Shown here piece after piece: positions 60,458 to 64,000 of a stretch of 64,000 nt of DNA. The stretch lies in NCBI GenBank assembly GCA_002104945.1, contig MCFH01000075.1, positions 1 to 64,000 of the forward strand. Reading direction: 5' to 3'. The stretch's first letter is position 1. Each line of letters begins with the position of its first letter. The position numbers and the translations under genes were made by a program. A model generated the notes under the pieces. That model did no database searches and was not told where the DNA came from. It worked only from the letters and a program-made list of their open reading frames with translations. This DNA comes from Piromyces finnis finn (lineage: Eukaryota > Fungi > Neocallimastigomycota).

Positions 60458-63400
60458 ATTATATAAATTTTATTTAATATAATTTTTATTGAATTATTAA
60501 AAATAATCCTATTAATATATTGTAATTATACTAATAATATATTGTATAAATGAAATAAAAGAATGACCATCTTTTTTAATAATTAACTAATTAATTAATG
60601 GTATTAGGAAGAGGTAAAAATCAATAGATGATTTAGGCTAAAGTAACCCCCATTAAAAAAAAGGTTAGTAAAATGAGTAAGGGGATCATGATAGATCATG
60701 ACGGTTTAAAAAAGAAACGGTAAATGAACTAGATAGGCATTTTTTTTAATAGGTAACTCTTGTTAGTCATTAAGAAAAGTTTTAAATAAAGGTAGGGGTT
60801 TTAAATAAGCAGTATGACATGATTCTTTCATCATTAATATCTATATATTTAATTATTATAAATAATAATAAATAGTATGATAATGATGATGAATTATAAA
60901 ATAACTTTTGATGTGCAGATGATGCCACTCTTTAACTTTATATTTCATAATAAATGACCTTTATCTATAAAATCAAATTAAAAGTCCTATTAAATAATTT
61001 TAAAAAAAATACCTTTTTTGATTTAATAAATGATAAACTTTTCTTTCTTTTTTTAAAAATAAAAAAAGATTGGAGAAATAGAATGCCATTCTATTTATAA
61101 ATAAATAAATAGAAAAAAAGATTGTATCTATCTAAATTATCTATATTACTATGAAAGGGATCATTTTATCTATAATTTATAAATAATGTATGGTATTAAT
61201 ATCATTTGAATAGTATATACTACATTATAACTACTATATTATAATGTATAGGTTTATTATTTGTTCAGATGTAGGTTATAATACCTGTAAAGGCCTTACA
61301 ACTTTAACATTCAACAACTACTACTACAAAAACAAAAACTACTACTACCACTACCACTACCAATTCCTTCCACTCAATGATTAAACAAAAGCCTTATCTT
61401 CATTTCACAAACAAAAGTATCAAAAGTATTATATTAATTAAATGTATAAATAAATATAAAATTAAATAAATATTATATTTGTAATTTAATGGAAAATCAT
61501 TATTAAAATAAATAAATTAAGAAATTGTACTTTTATATTCACATTAATAACAATAATATATAATAAGATATGCTATTAATATATGTAAATATTTATTTCT
61601 TACTATTTTATAAAAAAATAATCCTTTAATATTTCGTACAATTATAATATATGTTAATATATAAATTTAAATCCTTTTAATTGATTAATCATTTAAATTA
61701 AAAGTTTCAATGAAAAAGCGATTTTACTAAAATTTTGAATTTTTATCAATAATCAACCATAAAAATTTGGTTGAAAACTCTTTGTTCTTTTTTGTACATT
61801 ATGCAATGTACATTAATTGTTAATTGTTTTTGTACAATAAAGAAAAAAGATGAAAAGGCACAACAACTACAAAATGTTAAATTCAAAATATAATCCACTT
61901 TTAAAAGTCTGAAATTTCAAAATTTTATATTAAATTCAAAGTTTGAAGGACTACATTTAATTCTATAATAATTGGACATTTTAATGTATTTATGAATTAG
62001 AAATAAACACAACTGTAATGGTGTCAATTTACCAAGTTTGAATAATTTATTGACTACTTTGCTATTCATTCATTTATTTAATATTATATTTATTTAATAT
62101 TATAATTTTTTATTCATTTATTATTTCAAAGAGTAAATTATTTAATAAACTTTTTAGTTTTAAATTAAAAAAGAAAAGAATAATAAAAAAAGAATCTAAT
62201 ATTTTGTAATATAAATTAAATTGAATATAATATATATTATAATATATTGTGTAATACAAAAATAATATATGAACCATGAATTTTTCTATTAAAAAGAATT
62301 AATAAACGAATGAATAAATAATATATTAAATAAATAAATGAATGATAAAATTTTTAAAGGAGAAAAAAATGTAGAATTGAAAAAACTTTTTACTATTGTT
62401 TCTAGGTAGAAATAACAAATAATAATTCACTATTAGTATCAAAGGCCAAAATACACAAAGCCTCCATTGGCTATAGGAATGAGGTGTAAAGGGCTACTTT
62501 TTCTTATTATTATCACTAATTAATCTTGATAAGAGGCAATCCTACTTCATAATCCACCAATTTTCTTTAAACCTAATAATTACGATTATTATTTATACTC
62601 ATCAAAATAATGTAAACAAAAATTGACTTTTTTTTTATCACTTACATATACCTCTCAATTATTTATTTTATTGAATAATGTATACATAATGTAACAAAAA
62701 AGTCTTTAAATTCAATTGTATAAATTGTATACATGAAATAAATATATATTTAATAAATTAATCTTAAATAGAATTTTTAAAATCTAACCTTTTCAGTTTA
62801 TTAGGTAAATAATATATGAATTATTAAGAATAGTGTTATCTATAATATGGAGTAAAAAGATAAAAATAAAAAAGAAACTGGAATTGTTGACTTCAATTCA
62901 ACATTCTATTATTATTTTAATTAAATATTTAAACTTTTACAATAGGAAATGAAATGTTTTTATTATTAATAATTTATTCTTTAGTAATTAGAGAAATGAT
63001 TTAAAACTAGAGTATATTACGTATACAGTATGTATACAATAATATATTGATACTATTTTTATAAATTATTTATTTAAACTTATCATTAAAAATTTTAATT
63101 AAATTTTATAAAGTTATATTTTAATATATAAAATATTCATATATTAGAATATACATGCAATATATTATGGCTTATATGTAATTATTAATTGTAAAAAAAG
63201 AGGCTAAATAAATTATGAATGAAAAAAAAATTAATAAATGAAATTATATTTGAATTATATATTGTAGTATAATGTAATTATATTATTTTTAAAAATTAAT
63301 CTAAAAAATAATTTCATGGTAAAATAGTGTTAATGGTTACTAAAAGCCTAGCATGAAGAGTGGTTAAATTTAGTAAGACAAATTTTTATTATTTAGAAAG

Positions 63401-64000
63401 ACTATTGTTCTAGAGTTTTTTAAGCTTTTTTTTTTTTTAATTTTTTAAAATACTTTAAATTTAACAATATATTTAGGTACTATAACTACAACATACTACT
63501 ACAAAAGTTATTACTTTCGTAAATCTAAAAAGAAATATAAAATGATTTTATTTTATATATTTTTAACTCTCAAATACCAAATTTTTAATCTTTATACTCA
63601 TATCATTTACTTTCCTTTCTTTTTCTTTCTTTTTTTTAATTCTACACTATAATTACCCTAACAACATTAAAATAAAAAAAGAACTTCTCTTTTTAAACTT
63701 TTTTTAATTTTACTGTTTATTGTATATGAAAAAAATGTATATCTATATAAATAAACAAATACAAATATAATTCATAAATTTTAAATAAATGTATTTTATA
63801 TATATATTATTGTAAATGAATTTCTTTTTTTTTTTTTATTTAATTAAAAAAAAAAAAGTCTAGGCTCTTTAGATTTTTTTGTAAATGGAAAATATAGAGT
63901 TTGAATGGCACCTTAACACTATTAATCCTATAGATATAATAGAGAATCTTATAATGAATATTACAATTTATATAAATTAATGATAAGAAAATGAATATTT

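Noticed and set aside
61255-61400. Cys + Thr-rich coding-like fragment (CSDVGYNTCKG…TTTT)
   Set aside because: It is short and frameshifted with no start or splice context; at most an old gene remnant.

Overview
Very AT-rich eukaryotic DNA, almost certainly from an anaerobic gut fungus (Neocallimastigomycota): it has a spliced gene with fungal CBM10-type dockerins, GT-AG introns and A-rich ATG contexts. About 1.4-28.4 kb is a nested LTR-retrotransposon cluster built around two convergent tRNA genes, Ser-UGA and Cys-GCA. The cluster holds an intact young Ty1/copia element, a decayed copia carrying a solo LTR in gag, a 3'-truncated copia, older LTR remnants, and a Ty3/gypsy chromovirus with extra LTR copies at the same target. 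About 33-39 kb holds two tandem APE-type LINE copies that decapitate a gene. Host genes follow: a dockerin-ricin-CE1 esterase, a frameshifted GNAT, a six-repeat Cys-rich surface protein and an 82-aa PP1-docking-like microprotein. The main findings are: (i) all three copia elements have a PBS complementary to the anticodon arm of tRNA-Lys (half-tRNA priming), and the one internal base that differs lies opposite the wobble position (CUU vs UUU); (ii) three successive gypsy insertions appear to share one TTAAT site about 68 bp upstream of tRNA-Cys, with a head-to-head pair collapsed to a 70-bp palindrome; (iii) a solo LTR carries a complete tRNA-type Pol III unit (A box, B box, T5); (iv) the gypsy shows Tf1-type self-priming and a -1 frameshift signal. 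All calls come from reading the sequence by eye; no searches were run.
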